The notes under the pieces are model-generated. The model did no database searches and had not been told where the DNA came from. It saw only the letters and a program-made list of their open reading frames with translations. From Octopus sinensis (taxonomy: Eukaryota), in contig NC_043000.1 of assembly GCF_006345805.1 (NCBI RefSeq), forward strand, positions 100,812,001-100,876,000: a stretch of 64,000 nucleotides of DNA. Direction: 5' to 3'. The first letter of the stretch is position 1, and every line of letters begins with the position of its first letter. This document shows positions 39,101 through 51,838 of the stretch, piece by piece. Both the position numbers and the translations under genes were made by a program.

Positions 39101-39485
39101 CTACTTACCTATTCAAATGGACTAAACAGAACAGGAGGATCCACACTGGATGGAGAATTTCCTGAAGAGGTCACAAGATGTGTGATGAAAGATTTCCAGA
39201 GATGGTCATCAAATAAGAACAATAATAAACAAGTGAAGAATTAATATATAGGGCATGTGTTTATTTAGCAAAAAAAAAAGCAAAATGACCATCTCGAAAT
39301 TTAACAACATCTATTTCAATACATAATTTCACCTCAGGAATCTTGCAAAACAAATTCATAAACGTATATATATTTTATTATGGGGACAGAAGGGTTTATA
39401 GGACTGTGAAAAAGAAGTGCTCAAATGAAACTGAGATACAGACAAAAAGCATTGATTAGAGAATAAGCATCAAATTTGAATCAAC

Positions 39486-41373
39486 GACTTTATATAACAC
39501 CATACTTCCATACATTTCATCATATATAAATCTTACTATGGTCTTCAACATATAAAAGGAATACATATACAAAAGGTAAAAAATATATATGCACAAAAAA
39601 ATACAAAATATAGGCCTGTCAAGAAAGGGTATATACAAATCAACTAAAATAAGTAATCAAAATGAATTACTAAAACGTGTTAAGCAACTAAAAAATGATA
39701 CTCATCTGGATATTATCGCTAGTTTGGGCCTGGTTGATAGAACCCAACCTAATGCTCTAAAACCTCCTCATTGTCTTGTGAAGGACCATAAGTCTGATTT
39801 TTTATCAAATCCTTTGATTAGGTTAATCTGCCCAACCAAGTCCAATTTGGACAGAATTAGTAAATATATTATCGATCAGATTATTCCCATCATTAGGGAT
39901 AAGGTTCAGCTTCCCCTATGGAACTTTACTGATAAGCCTAATTTAGACTTTATCCAATTTGATATCTCGAATTATTACAATTCCATATCCCCTATATTAG
40001 GCCTTGATTTTCGCTCAGAAATTTGCGAATATCTCTTGTTCAGATATTGATGTAATTTAGCAGCAAAGGAGACCCTCATCTCCTTCAACAAGCATAACTG
40101 GCAGAGGGCTGATTCCACCAATTTCTTTGATATTACTATGGGGGTCCTCGGATTCAGCACAAGTGACTGATTTAGTGGACCTATACCTCCTTTCACAGAT
40201 TAGGAATAGTTTTCCCCTCCTTACTGGGGCATTATATAGGGATGATGAAACTCTAGCTGTATGTAGCCAGTCTAAAACTGCATTGAATAGCTTGAAGAAA
40301 TATCTGAGAGGTTTCTCAAAGGATTCCTTTAAACCTAACATTATTTTGGATGCAGGAAACCAGATAAATAATGTTAGCATTAGTAATTGGGATAAAGGTG
40401 GTTCAGGTAAATCCTGTAATTGTAGAAAACTTAGGTTATGTTCCTTTGATGGATTCTGTCTGACTACAAATGTTATATATAAATGTGTTGTTAAAGAGGG
40501 GGACAGTTTGGATAAGTTTTACATAGGCAGTACTGTCAATTTTAAGGCGAGGTATAGGGCCCATATGAATTCGTTTTCAAATGAAAAATATTGTAACTCC
40601 ACTACATTTGCCTCTTTTATACATGATTTAAAGAGGAATAGTAAAAGTTACTCTCTTAAATGGTCTATAATCTCGAAGGCCCCATAAGAATTCTTCTACT
40701 TTTCTGAAAGTATATAGAAGTAAAGTTAGATGTGGTAAATAATATTTAGTTTGCTTACTGGGTTTCGAAACCAGATAGAAAAATTTCTATGATTAACTGC
40801 CACCTACATGTTTGGCAGTAAAATAAAATAAAATAATTTTTGTTAGAAAATTTTGGACTGGTCCTGCTATAGGTTATTATCTTTAAATAAGGTTTTGTGC
40901 TCATATTGTAACTCTTGTAAACAACTTCATTGTGAAATTCCTGTTCATTCTGATCCACTGCTGAGATGCACTTTAATCACATTTGGACCACGACAGTAAA
41001 CTCCCAAAAAGGCCATAGATGTTTTTTGATCTGGTGTTTTGGAAGTCTCTTATACTCTTTAGACTTCAACCTACCATGTTTTTTTTAGAAACAAACTATT
41101 TTCATATATTTTTAATTGAGGGGTAAAAACTTTTGTTTGTTAATTGATATTTTTTAGTTGCTTGACACATTTTAGTAATTCATTTCAATTATCTTAGTCG
41201 ATTTGTATATACCATTTCTTGACAGGCCTTTCTTTACATTTTGTATTATGTGCTGTACTTTTATATTTTTTTACCTTCTGTACTTTTATATATGTGTTCC
41301 TTATATATGCTGAAGGTCATGGTAATGTTTATATGTGATAAAATGAATGGAAGCATGGTGTCATATAAAAGTC
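39486..41373 (+). mobile_element. Penelope-like element: 5'-truncated RT plus GIY-YIG endonuclease, with its 3' end duplicated in inverted orientation at the 5' side
   Basis: LVKDHKSDF..RLICPTKS, FDISNYYNSI, MGSSDSAQVTDLV, LYRDD (40235-46), CNCRKLRLC..C linker, VIYKC..FYIGST..FKARY..H..SF; frameshifted. 39486-39695 is the reverse complement of 41150-41373. Confidence 0.9.
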
Positions 41374-41392
41374 ATATATATATATATATATG

Positions 41393-42020
<628 letters not shown>

Positions 42021-42459
42021 CTAGGTTGAGGAAAAAGTTTGTGTGCCTTGTTAAAATAAGGACCTGAATGAAATCCCACACTACAAAAATATATATAAAA
42101 AAAAAGCATTATTTTAACATGGCGCACAAGCCTTTTCCTCAACTTAGTATATGCCAAGGTTTACATTTAGCCTAAAATCTATTTCACCTGATGACATAGC
42201 TCAAATTCTGCATTATTTTGTTAGAATTTTTTACACTTTGTATTAGTGCAGATATGTAAGTAATTTATCTATTATAGGCAGTACTGTCAATTTTATCTGT
42301 AAGTAATTTATCTATTATGAAATATGCTAATATAAGTTATTTACATGATTTTTGAGTTATGAAACAAATTTGTTGTGATATTTGGATTTTTTATTATTAA
42401 ATAACGATTCATCTAAACATTTCTCTGTCATTTATGACTATATATATGTATATAATATA

Positions 42460-42491
<32 letters not shown>

Positions 42492-42494
42492 TCA

Positions 42495-42820
42495 TCATCA
42501 TCATCATCATCATCGTTTAACGTCCGTTCTCCATGGGTTGGTGGTTCGACCAGGGATCTGGGAAGCAGAAGGCTGCACCAGACTCCAGTCTGATCTGGCA
42601 GTGTTTCTACAGCTGGATGCCCTTCCTAACGCCAACCACTCCGTGAGTGTAGTGGGTGCTTTTTACGTGCCACCTGCACAGGTGCCAGGCGAGGCTGGCA
42701 ACAGCCACAATCGGATTGGTGCATTTTACGTGCCACCGGCACGGAAGCCAGTTGAGGTGGTACTGGCATCAGCCACGATTCGGATGGTGCTTTTTACGTG
42801 CCACCGGCACAGAAGCCAGT
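42495..42820 (-). mobile_element. RTE-type retroposon 3' segment with hairpin minisatellite
   Basis: (CAT)n-CGTTTAACGTCCG tail and three GGTGCTTTTTACGTGCCACCGGCAC units. Confidence 0.85.
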
Positions 42821-42862
42821 CATATATATATATGTATGTATGTATGCATGTATGTATGCATG

Positions 42863-42901
<39 letters not shown>

Positions 42902-43104
42902 CAATCACACCACAAAACCCTTTTGAACTATCAACTCTGATTCCACAGCTCCATATTTTGAAATGAATAAACATGAACTGGTATTGGAACTGTAACTACA
43001 ATATCTTTATATATCTTATTTCTACTTTCATTCTCTTATTTCCTTCTATATTCCCTATCTTCTCCTTTTCCATAATAATTCTAACTCAAATATTTTCTCA
43101 CGCC

Positions 43105-43152
43105 ATTTCTGATGAAGGGATATCCATAATATCCCAGAAACAGCTGAAAGAC
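43105..43152 (+). ncRNA. Hammerhead motif, cleavage-site U mutated
   Basis: CTGATGA(43109-15)-A-GGGATAT-CCATA-ATATCCC-A-GAAA-C-AGCT-G-AA. Stem II is a perfect 7 bp; stem I is poor. Confidence 0.55.
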
Positions 43153-43211
43153 TATTTCATTATAAATGTCCTGAAAACTCCTCACACCCTTGGGTTTGTT
43201 ATCTTATTCTG

Positions 43212-43244
<33 letters not shown>

Positions 43245-43248
<4 letters not shown>

Positions 43249-43650
43249 CCTGCCAACTATGAAGCAGGAGTCACTGCAATAATACAAGATAACGTAATTG
43301 ACAAGAAAATTACATCAGTTTATACAATTTAGAAGATGCTATGCAAATCTCCTTTGTCTTTCCTCCACATTGACAAAAGCAAAAACCACTAACTTGGCTA
43401 GCCACTTATGGAGTTTGATGACCACCTTCACGGCACATGCAATTAAGTGGAGAATCATGGAGAACTCTACACCACATGTAAATGGATCTAAGAGATGCAA
43501 CTTGTGTGTAGTTGAAAGATCACAGATTCTTTTTAGATTCAAAAACTCCATCACACTCCTTCATCCCAGATCAGAAATTTTTAGCAAAGGCAAGCATGTG
43601 GACAGATTTCTTTTGTTGAACTGGAGGACATCACCCTCTCTGGATTGAGT
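43245..43650 (+). mobile_element. Penelope-like GIY-YIG C-terminal fragment (second, divergent PLE)
   Basis: TNLASHLW..IKWRIMEN....NGSKRCNLCVVERSQIL...LLHPRSEIFSKGKH..RFLL matches the PLE endonuclease C-terminus (CNLC..EK, RSE..SKCxH). Confidence 0.8.
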
Positions 43651-43976
43651 AGCTGTCTCACAGAATCTGAACTCCTCTCCATTGAATTACTTATGATTTC
43701 TAGTCACTCTGGTTTTCTTTTTTCCTTTCTTTTTATGTTTTTGTTTACTCTTTGTCTTCTCATTCCACTTTTGACATCAACCTTATTTTTTTCTCATGGT
43801 TTCTCATGATTTCTCATGTACCAGTGTCCTGATTTTCAAACAGAATGAACTAAGTGCCCAGAGCCAAAAGATTGCTTAGAGACACAAGGCAAGTTATAAA
43901 AATCTGCCTAACCATGGTAACTCAATGGCAAGAAACTGTTAGTAGATTTTATTTTAATGCATTGTACATTAAATGA

Positions 43977-44353
43977 TATATGGTTCTGGGTTCAGTCCCA
44001 CTGCATGGCACCATGGGCAAGTGTCTTCTTCTATAGCCGCGAGCTGACCGAAGCCTTGTGAGTGGATTAGGTAGATGGAAACTGAAAGAAGCCCATCATA
44101 TATATATATATATATTTACATGTATATGTGTGTGTGAGAGTGTGTGTGTGGTTGTGTGTCTGTATTTGCCCCCCTCCCAACATCGCTTGACAACTGATGC
44201 TGGGGTGTTTATGTCCCTGTAACTTAGCAGTTCAGCAAAAGAGACTGATAGAATAGGTACTAGGCTTACAAAGAATAAGTCCTGGGGTCGATTTGCTCAA
44301 CTAAAGGTGTTGCCCCAGCATGGCTGCAGTCAAGTGGCTGAAACAAGTAAAAG
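43977..44353 (+). mobile_element. SINE family 1
   Basis: Box B region, CORE-like block, internal (TA)(TG) tract and tail. Confidence 0.88.
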
Positions 44354-44388
<35 letters not shown>

Positions 44389-44503
44389 TTATTATATAAT
44401 ATTTTACTATAAAATTGGATTCAGTTCTAAATCTGATTTTTCCCTGTAAATTTGGATTTATTCCCTAATATTTATTATTATTATATATATATATATATAT
44501 ATA

Positions 44504-45063
44504 CTGAGTCGCCCAAAAGCAGGTTTACAGTTATCACATAGGCGCTTTAAACTTCTTTTAAAACATTTTATTCCATTTAAATTTCTAGCTTACAATCATA
44601 TTGTTTATGCACATCTTAAACAGACAATGTTTGATCTCTCAGATGCTCAAAATGTCCTCCTTCAACATTGCAACATTCTTCAAACCTCTTCAGAACACTC
44701 TGACACATAGTGCAGCACAAATTCCAATCTCCATCAATTTCAGCGAATGCGTCAGAAATGTAATGCTTTTAATTCATTTACTGTTTTGGGATTCTTCACA
44801 TAAACCTTGTTCTTTACAACACCCTAAAACAAATAAATTCATTGGTGTCAGGTCAGGTGTACGTGGTGGCCATTCGATACTAACCCATCTTCCAAACCAG
44901 TACTGTGGAAAGGCTTGGTTAAGGTAGTCTCTTACTGTCAACGCATAATGTGGAGGTGCTCCATCTTGGTGCTCCAAATTTTTTTAATTAAGATCTAAAC
45001 TGTTAATATATGAATGTGAAACAGATAATTGAATGACTGTAAACCTATTTTGGGGCCACCCTA
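44504..45063 (-). mobile_element. Internally deleted IS630-Tc1-mariner element, DD41D type
   Basis: Imperfect TIRs (..CCCAAAAGCAGGTTTACAGT / ..CCCAAAATAGGTTTACAGT) in a TA context. HQDGAPPHY...WPPRTPDLTPMN shows 41 residues between catalytic positions (last D>N). Confidence 0.85.
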
Positions 45064-45104
<41 letters not shown>

Positions 45105-45106
<2 letters not shown>

Positions 45107-45626
45107 TTAACTTGTGTCTATTATAACCTGTTTGAAGGTTATAATGGACACAGGTTCATGTGTCACATAGCTAGCCAGAGGCGATGGCCTCTTGGAGCTA
45201 ATCAATGGCAGCTTTCGTCCTATACTTATAGACTGCCATATTAGCTTGGCAATAACTAATAATATCCAGTACCACTGCTGTAGTCTCCTTTAGAGAGACT
45301 TAGAAATAATAATATTTCTATTTTTGAAAACCAGTGGATGTATTCCACTGAATTTAGGTAAATAATCCTTCGAACAGACAGTCAGTAGCGACACCTGCTG
45401 GGTTCAGCTACTCTGCATTCATAAAGGGTAAATACCCTGAAACTAGTCTGCAGATGCCTGACCAGCAAGGGGAAGCGGCTGACCTCCCCTGTTCGAAGGT
45501 TATAATGGACACATGTTTGTGTGTCACATAGCTAGCTAGAGGTGATGGCCTCTTGGAGCTAATCAACAGCAACTGTCATCCTATATTTATGGAGTGCCAT
45601 ATTAGCTTAGCGATAACTATTAATAT
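45105..45626 (+). mobile_element. Retrozyme-like element: 361-bp unit plus ~139-bp terminal redundancy, hammerhead at 45412-45454
   Basis: Direct repeats 45127-45265 / 45488-45626. TCTGCA-TTCATAA-AGGGT-AAAT-ACCCT-GAAA-C-TA-GTC-TGCAGA. (TA)n on both sides. Confidence 0.8.
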
Positions 45627-47269
45627 ATATATATATATATATATATATACTTTATTAATAAAGCGTATTACTCTACCTCCGGCATTCTAGTACTGTCTTT
45701 TCCACCTTGTCTCACATTTATGTGCTTACTCTGGTATGCACACACACACATATATATATACACACATACATATATATATATATATACACACACACACATA
45801 TATGTACATATGTATATGTATAAGCATGTGTATATAACAGGCTGAATAGTTGTTTTATTCTCTATCAGTTTTATTACACCATACACATAAACTTGTACAC
45901 CCACACACGCACAAAGACACATGAAAGTTCGATATATATATGTATGCATAGCTGTGTATATATGTATATTTATATATGCGTATGTGTCTGTTTACATAGG
46001 TACATGTACATACATATATACATCGCTACATTATAATTGCTTTACCACCTACACCCACACCCCTGATGGAGATAGAGAATCTATTCTGAGAAATCCCCTT
46101 GCTCTAGCTTCCTTAATCTTCTTCGTCTCACCCTTTGAGTTACAGACAGCCTTCCGTTTCTGACTTGTTTACTAGTGAACTTAAAAAGATAGCTTTCCTT
46201 TCCAATTAACACTGATGTGACTAACCGAATTCTTATTCTCTCAGCGGTGTTACCAACAACAACAACAACAATAAAATGCAAATCCGGCATCGTCTTTCAT
46301 CTGCGAACAAATAAAAGGTAAAATTTCATACGCAAGAAAGTAATAATTGCTTTTGTTCCTGAAAGATAAAAGTCAAGCAGGATATTGCTTTCATATGGAT
46401 TATTTTTCAGGTGTTTTAAACTAAACTAGTTTTAAGATTAACTCAACAAATCTAATTGCTTGGAATCAGAACTACTGTCATGTGGTGTTTGACTAAAGAG
46501 ATGATGTTATAGGTAGTTGTGGGTCAGTACCGATCAAACAGGTCTATGATGGAAGTCTTTCCAGGCGTGAATCTACTACCTGTTTTTTCTTTTCTTTTCT
46601 TAGATACTGGCATAGATGGTTTAAAAGCTTGCATGGTTAAAAAGCTTGCTTCTTAGCCACATGGTTCCAGGCTCTGTTCCACTGCATGCTAGATTGTCTT
46701 CTGCTATAGATCCAGACTGATATAAGCCTTGTGAATGGATTTGGTAGAAAGAAACTAAAAGAAGCCATTCGTATAGGTACAGCGTAACTGTGTGATAAGA
46801 AGCTTGCTTCTCAACTACATGGTTCCAGGTTCAGCCCTACTGTGTGGCACCTTGGGCAAGTGTCTTCTTCTATACCCTCGTGCCAACCAAAACCTTGTGA
46901 GTCACTTTGGTAGTTGGAAACTTAAAGAAGCCCATCAGCAGTGTCATTCATTTCCAATATTCTGTGGAAACATGTCTGCTCTTGGGGAAATATTATCTTA
47001 CTTGGAAACTGATGAGGTTTGGCAACAACAAGAGTATCCGACTGTAAAAATATAATATGCCTCAACAAATTCAATCCAATCCATGTTTGGCATGGAAAAG
47101 TGGATGTTAAAATGATTATGACGAAGATGATGATGATGATGATGATGATGATGCAATGTATCAAGGATTACTTTATCCAATGTTCTTCATTGTTGTTGTT
47201 GTTGTTGCTTATTCCCTGGGTATAGACATAAGACCAAAAGCATTCTTACCACAATCTTGAGCCACTCCT

Positions 47270-47930
47270 ATATCTCTCTTCATATTAGTTCTTGCTCCTC
47301 TTCACATAATTTCTTCTCTTCAGTCACACCACCACTCTCCTTCATCTCTCACTATGTTCACTTCTACCCCTCCATCCCGTCTTTAACCAGCTGTTATACT
47401 CCCACACTCTTTTATGAAAGTGTCCATTCCCTCATGCCCTCCCATGACTCACCATTGGTATCCTCTCTTATGCTCACCCTATTGAGATTTTGCTGTAGCA
47501 CCTCATCACTGCCTTCCTTTTACCTGCTTCAGCTATGTATCTCCCCTATAGCAAGACACCAGTGCTTGTCTCTTTATCATACTGTAGTCTTTCAACACTT
47601 GGCTTAAAGCTACCTATCTTCAGATCCTCCCACGCCATCAAATATTCTCCTATTAATACTGGATACTGTTACTCCCCCCCCACACCTCAGTTCTTTTCTG
47701 CTGTGCAAGCTTACACTGCAACCTCACTAGTGCAGGGGGATTAAAAGACACACCCTGTATACTTTGTAAAGTAGTTAGCATTAGGAAGGGCACTAGAGCC
47801 ATAGAAATCATTCTAAAACTAGCATGAGAGCTTGACAGGACCTTGCAGCTCACAATATCCTATCAGACTGTCCAACCCAAGCCAGCATGGAAAACAGACA
47901 TTAAGTGATAAAGATGATAATGTTGATGGC
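47270..47930 (+). mobile_element. Long retroposon copy with RTE-type tail
   Basis: The 5' part is homologous (reverse complement) to about 60640-60830. Tail GCCAGCATGGAAAACAGACATTAAGTGAT. Confidence 0.6.
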
Positions 47931-47988
47931 AATAAATATATGCATGAGTGTGTGTATATATATAAATATAAATGTGTGTGTGTGTGTT

Positions 47989-48027
<39 letters not shown>

Positions 48028-48400
48028 TGTGTGTGTGTGTGTGTGTGTATTCATTAAGCAAATTGTTAGAGCAACCTGGGCACTCTCTGTTAAGTGGTTG
48101 GCATTAGGAAGGGCATCCAGCCATAGAAGCCATGCCACAACAGAGAATTTGAGTCTGGACAGTTCCCAGCTGGCCAGCTCCATGCCAAACTGTCAAACCC
48201 ATTCCAGCATGGAAAGTGGACATTAAGCGATAATGACGATGATGATGTCAGCAACATCTTGTCAATCAATCATTCTGCTAAACAGATTATTTGTGTCTAA
48301 TATATTATGGAGTCTCTACATTTTTATTGAATGTTTTTTTAGCGATTATTTATTGCCTTAATAAATTGTTTCTTAAAACACCAACATGTGTGTGTGTATG

Positions 48401-48432
<32 letters not shown>

Positions 48433-48439
48433 ATATATG

Positions 48440-48665
48440 AATATATATATGTATAGGGGGAGAATTCACGAAAAAACAAAAGACAGGTAGTGTAGAAAAA
48501 CAAAAGGCAGGTGGTGTAGAAAACAAACAGATGTATTAGTATAACACTCAGGAATTGAAAAAGTCTGTTACATTTCGAGCCTGTGCTCTTCCACAGAAAG
48601 GAACACACAAAGAATCAAGGAGAGAAACACAGAGAGGAAAAAAATGTGTGTAGTGGCTACCGATT
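48440..48665 (-). mobile_element. Hammerhead-like element (GAGC stem), decayed core
   Basis: 48563-48600 minus: CTTT-CTGTGGA-A-GAGC-ACAG-GCTC-GAAA-TG-TA-ACAG. (TA)n flanks. Confidence 0.45.
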
Positions 48666-48688
48666 TATCATGTATATATATATGAGTG

Positions 48689-48725
<37 letters not shown>

Positions 48726-49853
48726 ATGTATATGTACATGTATAGTGTAAGTGAGTGTATGTATATAGGTAGGTAGATAGGTATATATGCATTTATTGCT
48801 GTATCCTTGTGTATGTATGTATATGTAATAGGACTTGTCAATCCCAAGATTTTTAAAGGTCCATAAAAAATTTTATAATCATTGTTATGTGGATTTGTGG
48901 AATTGGTAGTCCTAAGGACAAAATGCTTGCATTTATCTTGTTAAGTCACTTTATGTTCTTATTTGAAATTCTACCCAGGGCCAAATTTTCCTTTCATTCC
49001 ACCAATAAACTAACAGTATTTTATAAAATAAGATGCCACTCCATAAGTACTATGGTCACCTTAATTCACTGCATTTCTTGATGATTGTTGCCAGTGCTAT
49101 AATAATTCAGGGTTACACTGTGTAGTTACTGGAGTATCTACAGACCTGAGTACCCTATGCTAATATAAGGATATATATATATTCATATGCTGTAGGTTGC
49201 AGTCAATATCATATTTTCTAGCATACAACTTGACATCATTAATACTGTAAACATGTCATGTAAAAGGTCAAACTCTCTCCAAATCCTGCTGTATTTCACA
49301 TAAAATTGTTGATCCGAAATCATTGTGGTGTATAAATTGACCTACCTTTTTTTGACTGTAAATTTTGGTCTGAAAAAATTGATTAGTATTTATCTACCAT
49401 ATTTTCCAGCGAAAATATGGTAAATAAATACTATAAGCTTCAGTGCATTGCCTTGCCTAGGGGCCTATATTACTGTTCAAGTAGCCCTGATTCTAATCCC
49501 AGTGGTGGATTTAGTTCATTGCTTGAAGTTAAAACCATCAAATTTCCTACATACCCCAGAGATACTTTTAGTTGAGTTGCATGCATTCAAGCTAGGTGTT
49601 CAGTTTGAGGATAATTTTCTCTTTCCCGCTGCTTCAAGAAGTCACAAGAATATTGTTCATACACACAAGCATGGCTGTGTCATAAACAGCATGTTTCCCA
49701 ACCACATGGGTACAGGTTCAGTCCCACTGTATAGCACCTTAAGTGTCTTCTATTATAGTTCCCGGCTGACCAAGGCTTTGTGAATGGATTTAGTAGATGG
49801 AAACAGAAAGAAGCCCATCATATATACAGAAGATATATACATGTGTGTATGTC

Positions 49854-49902
<49 letters not shown>

Positions 49903-49990
49903 ATGCATGTACGTACATATATATATATATGTGTGTGTTTGTGTATATGTATATAAGTATGTATATATATGTGAGTATATATAAAAAAAA

Positions 49991-50218
49991 GGTGACAAGC
50001 TGGCAGAAACGTTAGCAATCTGGGTGAAATGCATAACCGTATTTCGTCTGTCGTTACACTCCGAGTTCAAATTCCGCTGAGGTCGATTTGCCTTTCATCC
50101 TTTCGGGGTCGATAAATTAAGTACCAGTTATGCACTGGGTCAATGTAATCGACGTAATCCCTTTGACTGTCCTTGTTTGTCCCCTCTGTGTTTAGCCCCT
50201 TGTGGGTAGTAAAGAAAT
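49991..50218 (+). mobile_element. SINE family 2, full length
   Basis: GGTGACAAGCTGGCAGAAACGTTAGC ... GAGTTCAAATTCCG ... GTAGTAAAGAAATA. Confidence 0.9.
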
Positions 50219-50227
50219 ATATATATG

Positions 50228-50736
50228 TGTGTATGTCTGTGTGTCTTTCTCTTTGTGTTTTTCCAGCACCACCACTTATCAACTGGTGTTGGTTTGTTTA
50301 TGTCCATGTAACTTAGTGGTTTGACCAGAAAAGACAGATTGAATACGTACCAAATTTTAAAAAGAAAATATTAAGTACAGGGGTCAATTTGTTCAACTAA
50401 AGTCCTTCAGTGTAGTGCACCAGCATGGCCACAGTCCATTGACTGAAACAAACAAACGATGTAAATGATAGGTACAGATCTTTCTCCTCTTCTTTGTAAG
50501 TCTTGTAGAAATAAAAAGTAAAAAAAAGAACAAAAAACACCTAAAATAATAAACAGCTTCCAATTGCACTAAATGGCAATATTTCTGTGTGTGTGTGTGT
50601 GTGTGTTTCTATGTATCTGTGTTTGTATGTAAGTGTATGTGTGTATGTATGTGTATGTGTGTCTATGTATGTATGTGTGTATGTGTGTGTATATGTTTGC
50701 ATGTGTATGTAAGTGTATGTGTGTATGTATGTGTTG
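50228..50736 (+). repeat. Segment duplicated at 61334-61802
   Basis: A SINE-1 tail, unique flank and microsatellite are collinear between the two sites (roughly 90% identity by eye). Confidence 0.9.
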
Positions 50737-51289
50737 TGTAGTGCTTTGAAATAATTCTTAATATATTTACTACTGCTTTATATGAATTACATTCTCCAAT
50801 GCCATTATAAACACCCTCCCTCCACACCTCCTTTCCCAAAAAGCAAAAAGGAAAAATGTCAGAAAAGAAAGATATGTATGCGACACGCCTTAATCTCATT
50901 CGTTAGCCAACTAATTAAGTTAACAATCATTTCAAAACTAACAAAATTTGTAATCATATGCCTAAGTCAACAATGCTGGCTAACATGTTTATATTTCATT
51001 CATTTACCGTTTTAAGTAAATTATTTTAAGAGTGGAGGTGGTGGAGGGAGAGAGGAGAGAGAGAAGGAAGTTTGCTGAGGAGAGAGAGGAGGAAGGAGAG
51101 AGAGAAAGGGAGAGAATGGGAGCTGAGAGGGAAGAGAAGAGGAAGATGGGGAAATGAAGGAGGGAAAACGTGAGCAGAGGCAAAAAAGAAATATGGGGAT
51201 AAAAAGGGAAACAAAGAGGAGAAGAAAGAAGAAAACAGAGAAGAATGATGGAGTAAGTTGATTACAACACCCCCACCCCCCATCCCAAT

Positions 51290-51838
51290 ACTCTTTATCA
51301 ACCTCAAAACGATGAAAGGCAAAGTCGACCTTGGTGGAATTTGAACTCAGAACGTAGCAACAGATGAAATACCTATTTCTTACTGGCCACAAGGGGGTAC
51401 ACACAGAGAGGACAAACAAGGACAGACAAACAGATTAAGTCGATTATATCGACCCCAGTGCGTAACTGGTACTTATTTAATCGACCCTGAAAGGATGAAA
51501 GGCAAAGTCGACCTCAGTGGAATTTGAACTGAGAACGTAACGGCAGACGAAATACCACTAAATATTTTGTCCAGCGTGCTAACAATCATGCCAGCTCGCT
51601 GCCTTATAAATAATAATAAAAATCTTTTCTGCTATAGACACAAAGCCTGAAATTTGCAGGGAGAGGACTGGTCGATTACACCGACTCCAGTGTTCCACCA
51701 GTATTTAATTTATCGAACTCAGAAGGATGAAAGGCAAAGTCAACCTCGACGGAATTTGAACTCAGAACTTAAAGACAGATGAAATACAACTAAGCATTTT
51801 GTCAAGCGTGCTAATGATTTTGCCAGCTAGCCACCTTC
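51290..51838 (-). mobile_element. Stack of SINE family 2 copies including the composite junction
   Basis: Three GATGAAAGGCAAAGTC bodies. The junction GAAATA|CCTATTTC near 51370 is identical to that at about 14310. Confidence 0.85.

Noticed and set aside
39150-39210. CTGAAGA-GGTCAC..GTGAT-GAAA motif
   Set aside because: Stem I and the cleavage triplet do not fit; at best a heavily decayed relic.
39589-39695. N-terminus of ORF 39589-40050 as the start of the PLE protein
   Set aside because: This part is the inverted copy of the element's 3' non-coding end; RT homology begins only after about 39696.
42655-42810. CRISPR-like repeat-spacer pattern (25-nt hairpin repeat, ~40-nt spacers)
   Set aside because: The spacers are homologous to each other, there are only three units, they lie inside a eukaryotic retroposon 3' region, and no cas genes are present.
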